DNA of 64,000 nucleotides from an uncultured Erysipelotrichaceae bacterium (lineage in GTDB: Bacteria; Bacillota_I; Bacilli_A; RFN20; CAG-826), in assembly GCA_902800355.1 (NCBI GenBank), contig CADCEE010000003.1, positions 662-64,661 on the forward strand. The letters are read 5' to 3'. How positions within the stretch are numbered: position 1 is the first letter of the stretch; each line of letters opens with the position of its first letter. Under the pieces are notes generated by a model. It was not told where the DNA came from and made no database searches. It was given only the letters and a program-made list of their open reading frames with translations. This document shows, piece by piece, positions 10,621 to 19,367 of this stretch. Made by a program: the position numbers and the translations under genes.

Positions 10621-10647
10621 AATTTAATAATAAGAAAAAGGAGGATA

Positions 10648-10911
10648 TTAATCCACCTTTTCGTCTTCGAATGATTCGAATTTGATGTGGATGCGTTTGT
10701 TTTCGCTTTTACCAGCAACGCCCACAACTTCTCTTAATGCATTCGCAATAATTCCTTTGTGACCAATTAATCGAGCGGTATCTTCTTTCTCCGCTGCAAT
10801 AATAATGAGTACATCTTTAGGAGTGGTTCCTTCGGAGACTCTAATGAAAATTGATTTTGGATCTTCTACAATATCGTCGATTAAGGTATGGACTATATTT
10901 TCGTAATCCAT
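10648..10911 (-). CDS. khpA: KH-domain RNA-binding protein (YlqC/KhpA-like)
   Basis: About 87 aa with KH GxxG loop (LIGHKGIIANALREV), located between rpsP and rimM. Confidence 0.8.
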   Translation of the reverse strand: MDYENIVHTLIDDIVEDPKSIFIRVSEGTTPKDVLIIIAAEKEDTARLIGHKGIIANALREVVGVAGKSENKRIHIKFESFEDEKVD

Positions 10912-10915
10912 AGAA

Positions 10916-11188
10916 TTATTTTCCTTTTTTGGCTTCTACAGTTTTAGCGTTAAGTCCTTTTCTGTTGAACATTGCTTTAACTGTTTCGGATGGTGTAGCA
11001 CCTAAAGCTAACCATTTTAATGCTAATTCTTCGTCGATAACTGCATTTTCGACACCTTTTTCTGGATCGAAATAACCGATTTGTTCGATATATCTTCCGT
11101 CTCTTGCGTATCTACTATCAGCGGCGACGATTCTAAAGAATGGATCTTTATGTCTACCAATTCTTGTTAATCTGATTTTAACTGCCAT
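10916..11188 (-). CDS. rpsP: 30S ribosomal protein S16
   Basis: MAVKIRLTRIGRHKDPFFRIVAADSR. Confidence 0.96.
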   Translation of the reverse strand: MAVKIRLTRIGRHKDPFFRIVAADSRYARDGRYIEQIGYFDPEKGVENAVIDEELALKWLALGATPSETVKAMFNRKGLNAKTVEAKKGK

Positions 11189-11217
11189 TTTTTGTTTCCT
11201 CCAAATTTTGCTCTACT

Positions 11218-11246
11218 ATAGTAAGTTTTATTTTTATATGTGTCAA
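11218..11246 (-). promoter_or_regulatory. promoter of the inverted rpsP-khpA-rimM-trmD operon
   Basis: On the minus strand: TTGACA (plus coordinates 11241-11246), 17-nt spacer, TACTAT (11218-11223), then the AGGAGG-type RBS ttggaggaaacaaaaATG. Confidence 0.55.
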
Positions 11247-11298
11247 GTATTTTTACTTTACAGCTAACAATATTTACACAATTTAATAAAATTAATGC

Positions 11299-11326
11299 TT
11301 GCAAAGAGTGTCCACTATGATATTAT
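11299..11326 (+). promoter_or_regulatory. promoter of rplS
   Basis: TTGCAA (11299-11304), 16-nt spacer, TATTAT (11321-11326). Leaves a leader of about 85 nt before the rplS RBS. Confidence 0.45.
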
Positions 11327-11416
11327 TATCAAGCATGTTTTAACATGATACGGGTGCTCCGCTGTCAGATGAGAATGAACACCAAGAGAACTAATATCTA
11401 TTAGGAGGCGTACAAA

Positions 11417-11764
11417 ATGAACAACAGATTAGTTGAAGAAATTACCGCATCCCAACTCAGAACAGATATTCCAGAATTCAAATCTGGTGACGAAGTCAAA
11501 GTTTCTGTTCGTATTATCGAAGGTAACAAATCCAGAATTCAAGTTTTCCAAGGTGTTGTTATCCAAAGAAGAGGTGGCGGTGTTAATGCTACGTTTACCG
11601 TTCGTAAGATGTCCAGTGGCATCGGTGTGGAAAGAACCTTCCCATTACATTCTCCAAGTATTGCGGGAATCGAAGTAATGAGAAAAGGTAAAGTGAGAAG
11701 AAATAAAATCACTTATATCCGTAAACGTTCAGGTAAAGCTGCTCGTATTAAGGAAGTTCTATAA
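11417..11764 (+). CDS. rplS: 50S ribosomal protein L19
   Basis: [37 protein letters not shown], preceded by a taggagg RBS. Confidence 0.96.
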   Translation: MNNRLVEEITASQLRTDIPEFKSGDEVKVSVRIIEGNKSRIQVFQGVVIQRRGGGVNATFTVRKMSSGIGVERTFPLHSPSIAGIEVMRKGKVRRNKITYIRKRSGKAARIKEVL

Positions 11765-11784
11765 TTCGTTAATTGTAGCTATTA

Positions 11785-11814
11785 AAAGGAATCGATTAAA
11801 CGGTTCCTTTTTTC
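11785..11814 (+). terminator. intrinsic terminator after rplS
   Basis: aaaggaatcg/cggttccttt 10-bp stem (one G-U), loop attaaa, then a T-run. Confidence 0.7.
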
Positions 11815-11850
11815 TTGTTTATTACGCGTATACAAAGTATAATTTAAAAC

Positions 11851-12678
11851 ATGACAAAGAAATTTTACAATAGTGAAAAATTTCAAGCATGGTTTTTCCC
11901 TATCTTATATTTCGTCCTTGCGATTTCTATTGTAATCACTAGCTGCTTTATCTTCAAAAAGAAGTATTATCAACCAATTGTTGTTAATGGACAGTCGATG
12001 TGGCCAACTTTAGCAGGTGGCGGAAGTTATACTGATGAAAAAATCAACTACCATATCAGGTATAACTATGGTATTGCTGACATTAGTAAAGGTTCTGTTG
12101 CTAGCCTTCATCGTTTCGATGTTGTTGTGACTTATTATCCTCAAGGATGGAATGGATATAACAAGGACTATAAAATCAAAAGAGTCTGGGGTTTTCCAGG
12201 TGAGACTGTCGCTTTAACTTATGATGATGAAACTTGTGAATATACTTTTAGGGCATATAAGCAAGGTAAACCAACTTATGAACTTAAATCCACAAGAAAA
12301 GATTTTACTCAAACGTTCGAGGCTATGTATTACGATAAAGACGGTAATAAATTATATAAAGATGTATCTTTAACTTATAGTGTAAACGAGTTTGTATTGC
12401 CTAATAAAACCTTTAGAACATCTCATCATAATCCAATTGGTACTAATGATAAAAAGCCTAGAGAGTTCCATAAAGATTTAAAAGATGACGAATATTTTGT
12501 GATGGGAGATAACTGGCAAGGTAGTACGGACTCTTATGAAAATATTCATCAAACAAATAGATTAACCGCAAATGACTTACAAGGAAGAGTAATATGCATT
12601 AATGCATATGCTACATATAATGACGTAACTGAAGAGACATTTGATATGCACAACATACCAGAAAGGTACGATTTCTAG
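11851..12678 (+). CDS. lepB: signal peptidase I
   Basis: N-terminal TM segment, Ser box NGQSMWPTL, KRVWGFPGE, GDNWQGSTDS. Has a long insertion relative to typical SipS. Confidence 0.8.
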   Translation: MTKKFYNSEKFQAWFFPILYFVLAISIVITSCFIFKKKYYQPIVVNGQSMWPTLAGGGSYTDEKINYHIRYNYGIADISKGSVASLHRFDVVVTYYPQGWNGYNKDYKIKRVWGFPGETVALTYDDETCEYTFRAYKQGKPTYELKSTRKDFTQTFEAMYYDKDGNKLYKDVSLTYSVNEFVLPNKTFRTSHHNPIGTNDKKPREFHKDLKDDEYFVMGDNWQGSTDSYENIHQTNRLTANDLQGRVICINAYATYNDVTEETFDMHNIPERYDF

Positions 12679-12679
12679 C

Positions 12680-13510
12680 ATGAGTCAAATACATTGGTTT
12701 CCCGGTCATATGAAAAAAGCCTTAAATGAAATTGAGGCTAAAATTAAATTAGTTGATATTGTTATTGAGATTTTAGACGCAAGAGCTCCATTAAGTTCTA
12801 TTAATCCAGAATTTGAAAAAAGAGTCCAAAATAAAAAACGTATTTTTGTCTTATCAAAAAATGATTTAGCAGATCCTGTAGAAACCAAAAAATGGGAAGA
12901 ATATTTTAAAAAAAGTGTAGATTCACTTTTAATTTTGAATCTTAATGAACAAAAATCCACTCAGATTATTTCTAATGAAGTGAAAAAACTAGGGGCTGAA
13001 AAGCACGCTAAAGAAGCTGCCAAAGGAATGAAACCACAACCACTTAAAACCATGATCATTGGTGTTCCTAATGTTGGTAAATCATCTTTAATTAATCGCT
13101 TAGCCAAAAGAAGTGCGGCCGGAGTGCAAAATAAACCTGGTTACACTAGAGGAGAGCAGTTTATTAAAGTAAATAACGATTTTATCTTATTAGACACTCC
13201 TGGTATCTTACCAATGAACTATGATGATAAGACCAAAGCCATTAATCTTGCGCTTTTAGGCTCAATAAGAGAAGAAATACTCCCTAATGAGGATTTATCT
13301 ATCTATCTCATCAAATACTTAAATAAGTTCTATCCAGAGGCTTTAAAAGAGAGATTTGGTGTTATCGACCTCTCTAACTTTGAAGATGTTATTACTCAAA
13401 TCTGCGCTAGACGGGCTTTACTAAACGACCGTGAAAGAGCGTATTCTTTGTTGTTAAAAGAATTTAAAGACGGTAAACTTGGCCGTATTACTTTAGAACA
13501 CGCACAATGA
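12680..13510 (+). CDS. rbgA: ribosome biogenesis GTPase A (YlqF/RbgA)
   Basis: MSQIHWFPGHMKKA start and circularly permuted GTPase motifs (SKNDL, NVGKSSLINRL, DTPGIL). I prefer the ATG at 12680 over the ORF-track start at 12641. Confidence 0.88.
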   Translation: MSQIHWFPGHMKKALNEIEAKIKLVDIVIEILDARAPLSSINPEFEKRVQNKKRIFVLSKNDLADPVETKKWEEYFKKSVDSLLILNLNEQKSTQIISNEVKKLGAEKHAKEAAKGMKPQPLKTMIIGVPNVGKSSLINRLAKRSAAGVQNKPGYTRGEQFIKVNNDFILLDTPGILPMNYDDKTKAINLALLGSIREEILPNEDLSIYLIKYLNKFYPEALKERFGVIDLSNFEDVITQICARRALLNDRERAYSLLLKEFKDGKLGRITLEHAQ

Positions 13511-14127
13511 GTTTAGATTACGAACAACAATATTATAGTAAAACTATAAAATATATTGCTGGCTGCGATGAAGCTGGTAGAGGCTGTTTATTAGGTCCGG
13601 TAGTAGCAGGGGCTGTTATTCTCCCTAAAGATTTTAAATGCGACTTAATTAACGACTCTAAGCAATTAAGCGAAAAACAAAGAGAGGAAGCTTATCAAAT
13701 TATTAAAGATAACGCGATCGCTTGGGCGGTAGCGGAAGTCTCTGCTGAAGAAATAGATAAAATTAATATTTTAAATGCTTCAAGAAAAGCAATGATTATG
13801 GCGCTTGATAAACTTAATCACAAAATAGATATGATTTTAACTGATGCGGTGAAGATGCAAACTGATTTACAATTTGAAGCAATAATCCATGGCGACGCTA
13901 AAGCAATGTGTATTGCCGCCGCTTCAATTATGGCAAAGGTTACTAGAGATCATATTTGTTATGAATTAGATAAAAAGTATCCAGCTTATCAAATTGCTAA
14001 ACATAAAGGATATGGCACAAAATTACATATGGAATTACTAAAAAAGTATGGCCCAATCAAGGGATTATATCGATTTAGCTATGCTCCTGTTAAAGCCTTT
14101 ACAATTGAAAAAATAAAACTTTTTTAA
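13507..14127 (+). CDS. rnhB: ribonuclease HII
   Basis: GCDEAGRGCLLGPVV, DSKQLS, HKGYGT. Confidence 0.92.
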   Translation: MSLDYEQQYYSKTIKYIAGCDEAGRGCLLGPVVAGAVILPKDFKCDLINDSKQLSEKQREEAYQIIKDNAIAWAVAEVSAEEIDKINILNASRKAMIMALDKLNHKIDMILTDAVKMQTDLQFEAIIHGDAKAMCIAAASIMAKVTRDHICYELDKKYPAYQIAKHKGYGTKLHMELLKKYGPIKGLYRFSYAPVKAFTIEKIKLF

Positions 14128-14129
14128 TT

Positions 14130-14191
14130 TTTTTTCACAAATTTTCGAAAAAAACGACTCTTTATATAGTGAGAGGTGTTTTTATGAATTC
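14130..14191 (+). repeat. 62-nt promoter/RBS/start-codon cassette, copy A (drives dprA)
   Basis: Identical at 49 of 62 ungapped positions to 43672-43733. Includes tttt-c-caaatttt-gaaaa, a TATATA block, a gagagg RBS and ATGAATTC. Confidence 0.7.
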
Positions 14192-14984
14192 GAGAGATTT
14201 TTTAATTGCCATGGCCGTTCATTATCAAGGAGATGTACGTGCTATGGTAGCTGCTATTTTAAGAAAAGAGTTTATCGATGAAGAGTTAGCAGAGATTCAT
14301 CTTAAAAGTGTAAAGAGCAAAGTTTTAACAATCCTTGATCCAGACTATCCAACTTATCTAAAAGAGTCACGTTATCCTCCAATTGTCCTATTTTATTATG
14401 GAGATATATCCCTTTTATTTAATAAAGAAGATAATGTAGCGGTAGTGGGAGGAAGAGAACCCACATCTCAAGGAGCAGAAAATGTTTATTATATCGTTCA
14501 AGGAATATGTAACCGTTATAACATTGTTTCCGGTTTAGCAAGGGGTATAGATAAAGTAGCGCATTTAGCAGCTTTAGAAAATGGAGGCAAGACGATTGCG
14601 GTCTTAGCTAATGGGATTGATTATTGTTATCCCTCTAGTAATTCCGAACTATATGAAACTATTAAAAAGAACAATTTAGTGATTTCGGAATATTATGGGA
14701 CTGTGCCTCCTGAAAAAAACAACTTCCATCAAAGGAATCGGCTCATAGCCGCTTTTGCTAAAGGCACTTTAGTAGGAGAAGCTAAAAAGGTTAGTGGAAC
14801 CCTTATCACAGCGAACTATACACTAGAGCTAAATAGGATATTAATGTCGATACCGTCAGGAAATATTCGTGATTCATTAAATGACTTATTTATTAAAGAA
14901 GGCTGCCCTATTGTGACTGAGCCTAATGATGTATTGGAATATCTTGATGATGAGAAAAAATCTTTATTATGTGAAGTTAAATAA
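14184..14984 (+). CDS. dprA: DNA processing protein DprA (Smf)
   Basis: DPDYPTYL, VAVVGGREPT, SGLARGIDKVAH, Rossmann-like DprA core. ATG at 14184 lies 7 nt after the gagagg RBS. Confidence 0.86.
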   Translation: MNSRDFLIAMAVHYQGDVRAMVAAILRKEFIDEELAEIHLKSVKSKVLTILDPDYPTYLKESRYPPIVLFYYGDISLLFNKEDNVAVVGGREPTSQGAENVYYIVQGICNRYNIVSGLARGIDKVAHLAALENGGKTIAVLANGIDYCYPSSNSELYETIKKNNLVISEYYGTVPPEKNNFHQRNRLIAAFAKGTLVGEAKKVSGTLITANYTLELNRILMSIPSGNIRDSLNDLFIKEGCPIVTEPNDVLEYLDDEKKSLLCEVK

Positions 14985-15065
14985 CATTGTTTATTTAAGA
15001 ATATATATAAGGATTTTTGCCGTTGACATTGACATTTTAAGTAAACATAATTGTGGGGCAATCTT

Positions 15066-17168
15066 ATGAAACTAGTAATCGTTGAATCTCCAACAAAATG
15101 TGAAACAATCAAAAGATATCTAGGCGAAAACTATGTTGTTAAAGCCTCGTATGGACACATACGAGACCTAGCCACAAAGGGTAAAGGAGGCCTAGGAATT
15201 GACATTGAACACAATTTCGCGCCCGCGTACGTTATTAATAATGATAAAAGAAAAGTAGTGTATGACTTAAAAAAGATTGCAGACGAATCTGATGAAGTGA
15301 TTCTGGCAACTGACCCGGACCGTGAAGGTGAAGCCATCGCTTGGCATTTAGCGCAAGTACTTGGTTTAAACGTGAAAACTAATAAAAGATTAGAATTCCA
15401 TGAAATTACTAGAGACTCAATTAACGAAGCTTTAAAAAATCCTAGAACAATTGATTTAGATTTAGTTGCTTCTCAAGAAACTAGGAGAATGTTAGACCGT
15501 ATTATTGGCTTTAAATTGTCTTCTTTATTGAACAAAAAGATCCATTCAAAAAGTGCCGGAAGAGTGCAGTCTGCAACTTTAAAATTAGTCTATGATCAAG
15601 AATTGGAAATTGATAAATTTGTCCCAGAAGAATATTGGAAAATTAATGCCTCTATTTTATTAAATAATAAGGAATTTGAACTCACTTTTGTTAGTGATGA
15701 AACTGGTAAGAAAAACATAGACACTAAAGAAGAAGCTGGACATATATTATCTTTATTAAAAGATAAATTAACAGTGGATTCTGTAGAAACTGTGGTGAAA
15801 ACTATTGAATCAAAAGTTCCTTTTACCACTTCAACTTTACAGCAAGAAGCTTTCTCTAGATTAAAGTTTAAAACCGATAAAACTCAAAGAGTCGCTCAGT
15901 CTTTATATGAAGGTATTTCTGTTAATGGAGAGCATGTTGGTTTAATTACCTATATGCGTACTGATTCTACTAGACTTGCCCCTATTTTTGTGGAGCGTGC
16001 TGGTAAATATATTTTAGAAACTTATGGCAAAGAATATTTAGGTAAACCAAAAGCGTTTAAAGCAGGTGAATTAACTCAAGACGCTCATGAAGCTATTAGA
16101 CCTACTAGTAATCATAGAACCCCTGAATCCATTAGAAGTTTCTTAACCCCAGAACAATATAATCTTTATAAATTAATTTATAATCGTACTTTAGCAAGTT
16201 TAATGAAAGGGAAGAAAGAAGAAACTTTAGTAGTCCATTTATCTTCTAATGGAGTGAAATTTAAATTAGAGTTTACTAGAACCTTATTCCCAGGATATGA
16301 AATCGTTTATAAAGATGAAGAAGAAACTAAACATTATAAGAATCTTCCATATATTAACGTTAAAGATGAATTAACATTGGTTAAAAAAGAGATTGAGCAA
16401 AAGTTTACCACTCCACCAAGTAGATATAGCGAGGCAAAAATCGTTAAATTAATGGAAGAAGTGGGTATTGGTAGACCTTCTACTTACGCTTCAACTATTT
16501 CTACACTTAAGAAAAGAAAATATGTTGATGAAGAAAAAGGTATTTTAATTGTTACCGATCAAGGTAAAAAGACCGCGCATGTATTAGAGAAATATTTCCC
16601 AAATATTGTGAACGCGAAATATACCGCGGATATGGAAACTAAATTAGATACAATTTCAGAAGGAGATTCCTCTTCTTTAGATATATTATCTAATTTCTAT
16701 AATGAATTTATGGATCAATTCAATAAAGTGCAAAAAGTGATGTATGTTGATGATCCTATTCCTACTGGTGAATTATGTCCAAAATGTGGCGCTCCTTTAA
16801 TTTATAAAGAAGGGAAAAACGGCCAATTTGTGGGTTGCTCTAATTATCCAGAATGTAAATACGTCCAAAAAGAAAAGAAGGAAGTTGTTTATACTGGTGA
16901 ACTTTGTCCAGAATGCGGCAAGCCACTTGTGGAAAGAAAAGATGCAAAAGGTAAAGTCTTTGTCGCTTGTAGTGGATATCCTCACTGCAAATATATCGTT
17001 AAAGAAGAAAAACCAGTGGATACCGTAGTGGAATTTGTAAAAAAATGCCCTGACTGTGAAACCGGTCAGCTTATTAAAAAGAAAGGCAAATATGGTTATT
17101 TCCTTGGGTGTACGAATTATCCAACTTGTAACCATATGGAAAAACTTTTGAAAAAAAGACGCAAATAA
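15066..17168 (+). CDS. topA: DNA topoisomerase I
   Basis: MKLVIVESPTK, ATDPDREGEAIAWH, active-site YMRTDSTR, and three C-terminal CxxC...CxxC zinc ribbons. Confidence 0.96.
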   Translation: MKLVIVESPTKCETIKRYLGENYVVKASYGHIRDLATKGKGGLGIDIEHNFAPAYVINNDKRKVVYDLKKIADESDEVILATDPDREGEAIAWHLAQVLGLNVKTNKRLEFHEITRDSINEALKNPRTIDLDLVASQETRRMLDRIIGFKLSSLLNKKIHSKSAGRVQSATLKLVYDQELEIDKFVPEEYWKINASILLNNKEFELTFVSDETGKKNIDTKEEAGHILSLLKDKLTVDSVETVVKTIESKVPFTTSTLQQEAFSRLKFKTDKTQRVAQSLYEGISVNGEHVGLITYMRTDSTRLAPIFVERAGKYILETYGKEYLGKPKAFKAGELTQDAHEAIRPTSNHRTPESIRSFLTPEQYNLYKLIYNRTLASLMKGKKEETLVVHLSSNGVKFKLEFTRTLFPGYEIVYKDEEETKHYKNLPYINVKDELTLVKKEIEQKFTTPPSRYSEAKIVKLMEEVGIGRPSTYASTISTLKKRKYVDEEKGILIVTDQGKKTAHVLEKYFPNIVNAKYTADMETKLDTISEGDSSSLDILSNFYNEFMDQFNKVQKVMYVDDPIPTGELCPKCGAPLIYKEGKNGQFVGCSNYPECKYVQKEKKEVVYTGELCPECGKPLVERKDAKGKVFVACSGYPHCKYIVKEEKPVDTVVEFVKKCPDCETGQLIKKKGKYGYFLGCTNYPTCNHMEKLLKKRRK

Positions 17169-17197
17169 AGCGCCTTTTTTGTTAAAATAACGTTGTT

Positions 17198-18112
17198 ATG
17201 AATAAACCTGAAAAAGAATTTTTAGATTATTTGAAGTATGTTAGAAACTGCTCTAGTCTAACGGTGAAATCTTATCAAGAAGATATCGATAAGTTTTTTG
17301 CTTTTTTACTAAAAGAAGGGATTAACATGGATGAAGTCGACCCGATTGTTATCCGTAATTTCTTTACGATGGAAATGACTAGCGGCGTCTCTAAAAGAAG
17401 TTGCAAAAGAAGATTAACAGCCTTGAAACAATTCTATAAATTTTTATATAAACAAAAACTTATTGAAGAAGATCCATTTCTATTTATTGATTCACCAAAA
17501 GTGGAGAAAAAATTCCCACGTGTTCTTTATAAAGAACAAATAGAAGAGATTTTAAAAGAAAATCATAAAAGAACTGATGAGTTAGCTATTAGAGATCAAG
17601 CGATTTTATCTTTGCTATATTATTGCGGTCTTAGAGCCAGCGAATTATGTGGAATTAACGTTCAAGATGTTTATTTAAAACAAAGGCTTGTGAAAGTATA
17701 TGGCAAGGGTCGAAAAGAAAGAATTGTGCCTTTTAGTGAGCAGTGTAAGTCTGACTTAGAAAACTATTTGAAGTTATGCCGACCAAAATTACTTGGAAGA
17801 AGTCCAATCGTCGAATTAAAAGACGGACAAAAATTAATCTTTAATAACAAAGGACAGCCTTTAACTGTTAGAGGCCTAGAATATATCTTAGATTCCATTG
17901 AGAAAAAGACTGAAACGTTTGTGAATTTACATCCACATATTTTAAGACATAGTTTCGCTACTCATCTATTAGAAAATGGAGCGGATCTCCGTGTCATTCA
18001 AGAATTACTCGGACATGAAAGTATAAACGCTACTCAGATTTATACCCATGTGACTGAAGAAGCAATGCAAGAGGCATATTCCTCTTATCATCCTCGAGCC
18101 CATAAGAAATAA
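17198..18112 (+). CDS. xerC: tyrosine recombinase XerC/CodV-like
   Basis: SAM-like N-domain. Catalytic region HILRHSFATHLLENGADLRVIQELLGH...IYTHV. Conserved dprA-topA-xerC neighbourhood. Confidence 0.85.
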   Translation: MNKPEKEFLDYLKYVRNCSSLTVKSYQEDIDKFFAFLLKEGINMDEVDPIVIRNFFTMEMTSGVSKRSCKRRLTALKQFYKFLYKQKLIEEDPFLFIDSPKVEKKFPRVLYKEQIEEILKENHKRTDELAIRDQAILSLLYYCGLRASELCGINVQDVYLKQRLVKVYGKGRKERIVPFSEQCKSDLENYLKLCRPKLLGRSPIVELKDGQKLIFNNKGQPLTVRGLEYILDSIEKKTETFVNLHPHILRHSFATHLLENGADLRVIQELLGHESINATQIYTHVTEEAMQEAYSSYHPRAHKK

Positions 18113-18137
18113 AAGATAAAAATATATATTTTTCTCG

Positions 18138-18166
18138 TTGATTAACTCTTTTTAGTTTGCTATGAT
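18138..18166 (+). promoter_or_regulatory. promoter of the rpsB-tsf operon
   Basis: TTGATT (18138-18143), 17-nt spacer, TATGAT (18161-18166). Confidence 0.5.
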
Positions 18167-18282
18167 TACTACGCTCTATAAGATATAGAGACTACACACA
18201 CCGTGGATTCAACTCCGTTGTCTCACATAAAATGTGAGGGTAGTTGTTAGAAGCGGTGGAGGCTAAACATAAGGAGGCTCAA

Positions 18283-19365
18283 ATGAGCGAAGAAAAGAAA
18301 GAATTAGTAGAAGAATCTACTGAAGTGGCTGCTAACCCAATGGAAGCAGTCGTGCATGATCCTGATGCACCAATTATCACCATGAAAAAGCTTTTAGAAG
18401 CTGGTGCACATTTTGGTCATCAAACCCGCAGATGGAATCCAAAGATGAAAAGATACATCTATGGAGCTAGAAACGGTGTCTACATTATCGATTTACAAAA
18501 GACAGTCGATTTAATTATCACTGCTTATAAAGCAATGAAAGAAATCGTCGATAATGGTGGAAAAGTTCTCTTTGTTGGAACTAAAAAACAATGTAAAGAA
18601 GCAGTGGAAGCAGAAGCTCTCCGTTCTGGAAGTTTCTACATCACTAACAGATGGTTAGGTGGAACCTTAACAAACTTCAAGACAATTCAAAGTCGTATTA
18701 GATACCTCAAAGAATTAGAAAGAAGAGATGAAGAAGGCGAACTCGACTTATTACCAAAAGTGGAAGCTGCCCAATTAAGAAAAGAAAAAGAAAAACTTTC
18801 TAAAAACTTAGAAGGTATTAAAGAAATGAGAAAGGTGCCAAATGCTTTATTTGTCATCGATCCAAATATTGAACATAACGCTGTTGCAGAAGCTAGAAAG
18901 TTAGGCGTCCCTGTGTTTGGTATTATCGATACCAACAGCGACCCAGATTTAGTGGACTACGTTATTCCTGCAAATGATGACGCCATTAGAAGTGTTAGCT
19001 TAATCTTAGCGGTTATCGCTGATGCCGTTGTGGAATCTAAAGGTGGTATCCCAGTTGTCGCTTACATTAAAGATGAAGGCGAAGACATCACCATGAAAGA
19101 AGTCATTAAGCAAACAGATAAAGAAAATGCTGAAAAATTAGCAAGAATCAGAGCTGAAAGAGCAGCTAGACAAGAAGCTTATGAAAAAGAGCAAGCTTTA
19201 AGACAAGCTTCTCATGATAAGGCTGCTGCAGTGGCTAAAGAACAAGCTGAATTAGCTGCTGAAAAGAAAGAAGAAAAACCTGCTGAAGAAAAGAAAGCAC
19301 CAGCCAAAAAGGCTCCTGCTAAAAAACCAGCTGCTAAAAAAGAAGCAAAACCTGAGGAAAAATAA
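18283..19365 (+). CDS. rpsB: 30S ribosomal protein S2 with N- and C-terminal extensions
   Basis: [15 protein letters not shown] core. ATG at 18283 follows the taaggagg RBS. The C-terminal tail of about 100 aa is rich in Ala, Lys and Glu ([16 protein letters not shown]). Confidence 0.93.
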   Translation: MSEEKKELVEESTEVAANPMEAVVHDPDAPIITMKKLLEAGAHFGHQTRRWNPKMKRYIYGARNGVYIIDLQKTVDLIITAYKAMKEIVDNGGKVLFVGTKKQCKEAVEAEALRSGSFYITNRWLGGTLTNFKTIQSRIRYLKELERRDEEGELDLLPKVEAAQLRKEKEKLSKNLEGIKEMRKVPNALFVIDPNIEHNAVAEARKLGVPVFGIIDTNSDPDLVDYVIPANDDAIRSVSLILAVIADAVVESKGGIPVVAYIKDEGEDITMKEVIKQTDKENAEKLARIRAERAARQEAYEKEQALRQASHDKAAAVAKEQAELAAEKKEEKPAEEKKAPAKKAPAKKPAAKKEAKPEEK

Positions 19366-19367
19366 TC

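Noticed and set aside
17198-18112. xerC as the integrase responsible for the tRNA-Glu island
   Set aside because: It sits in the conserved dprA-topA-xerC housekeeping context more than 30 kb away. It looks like the chromosome-dimer resolvase, not an island-borne integrase.
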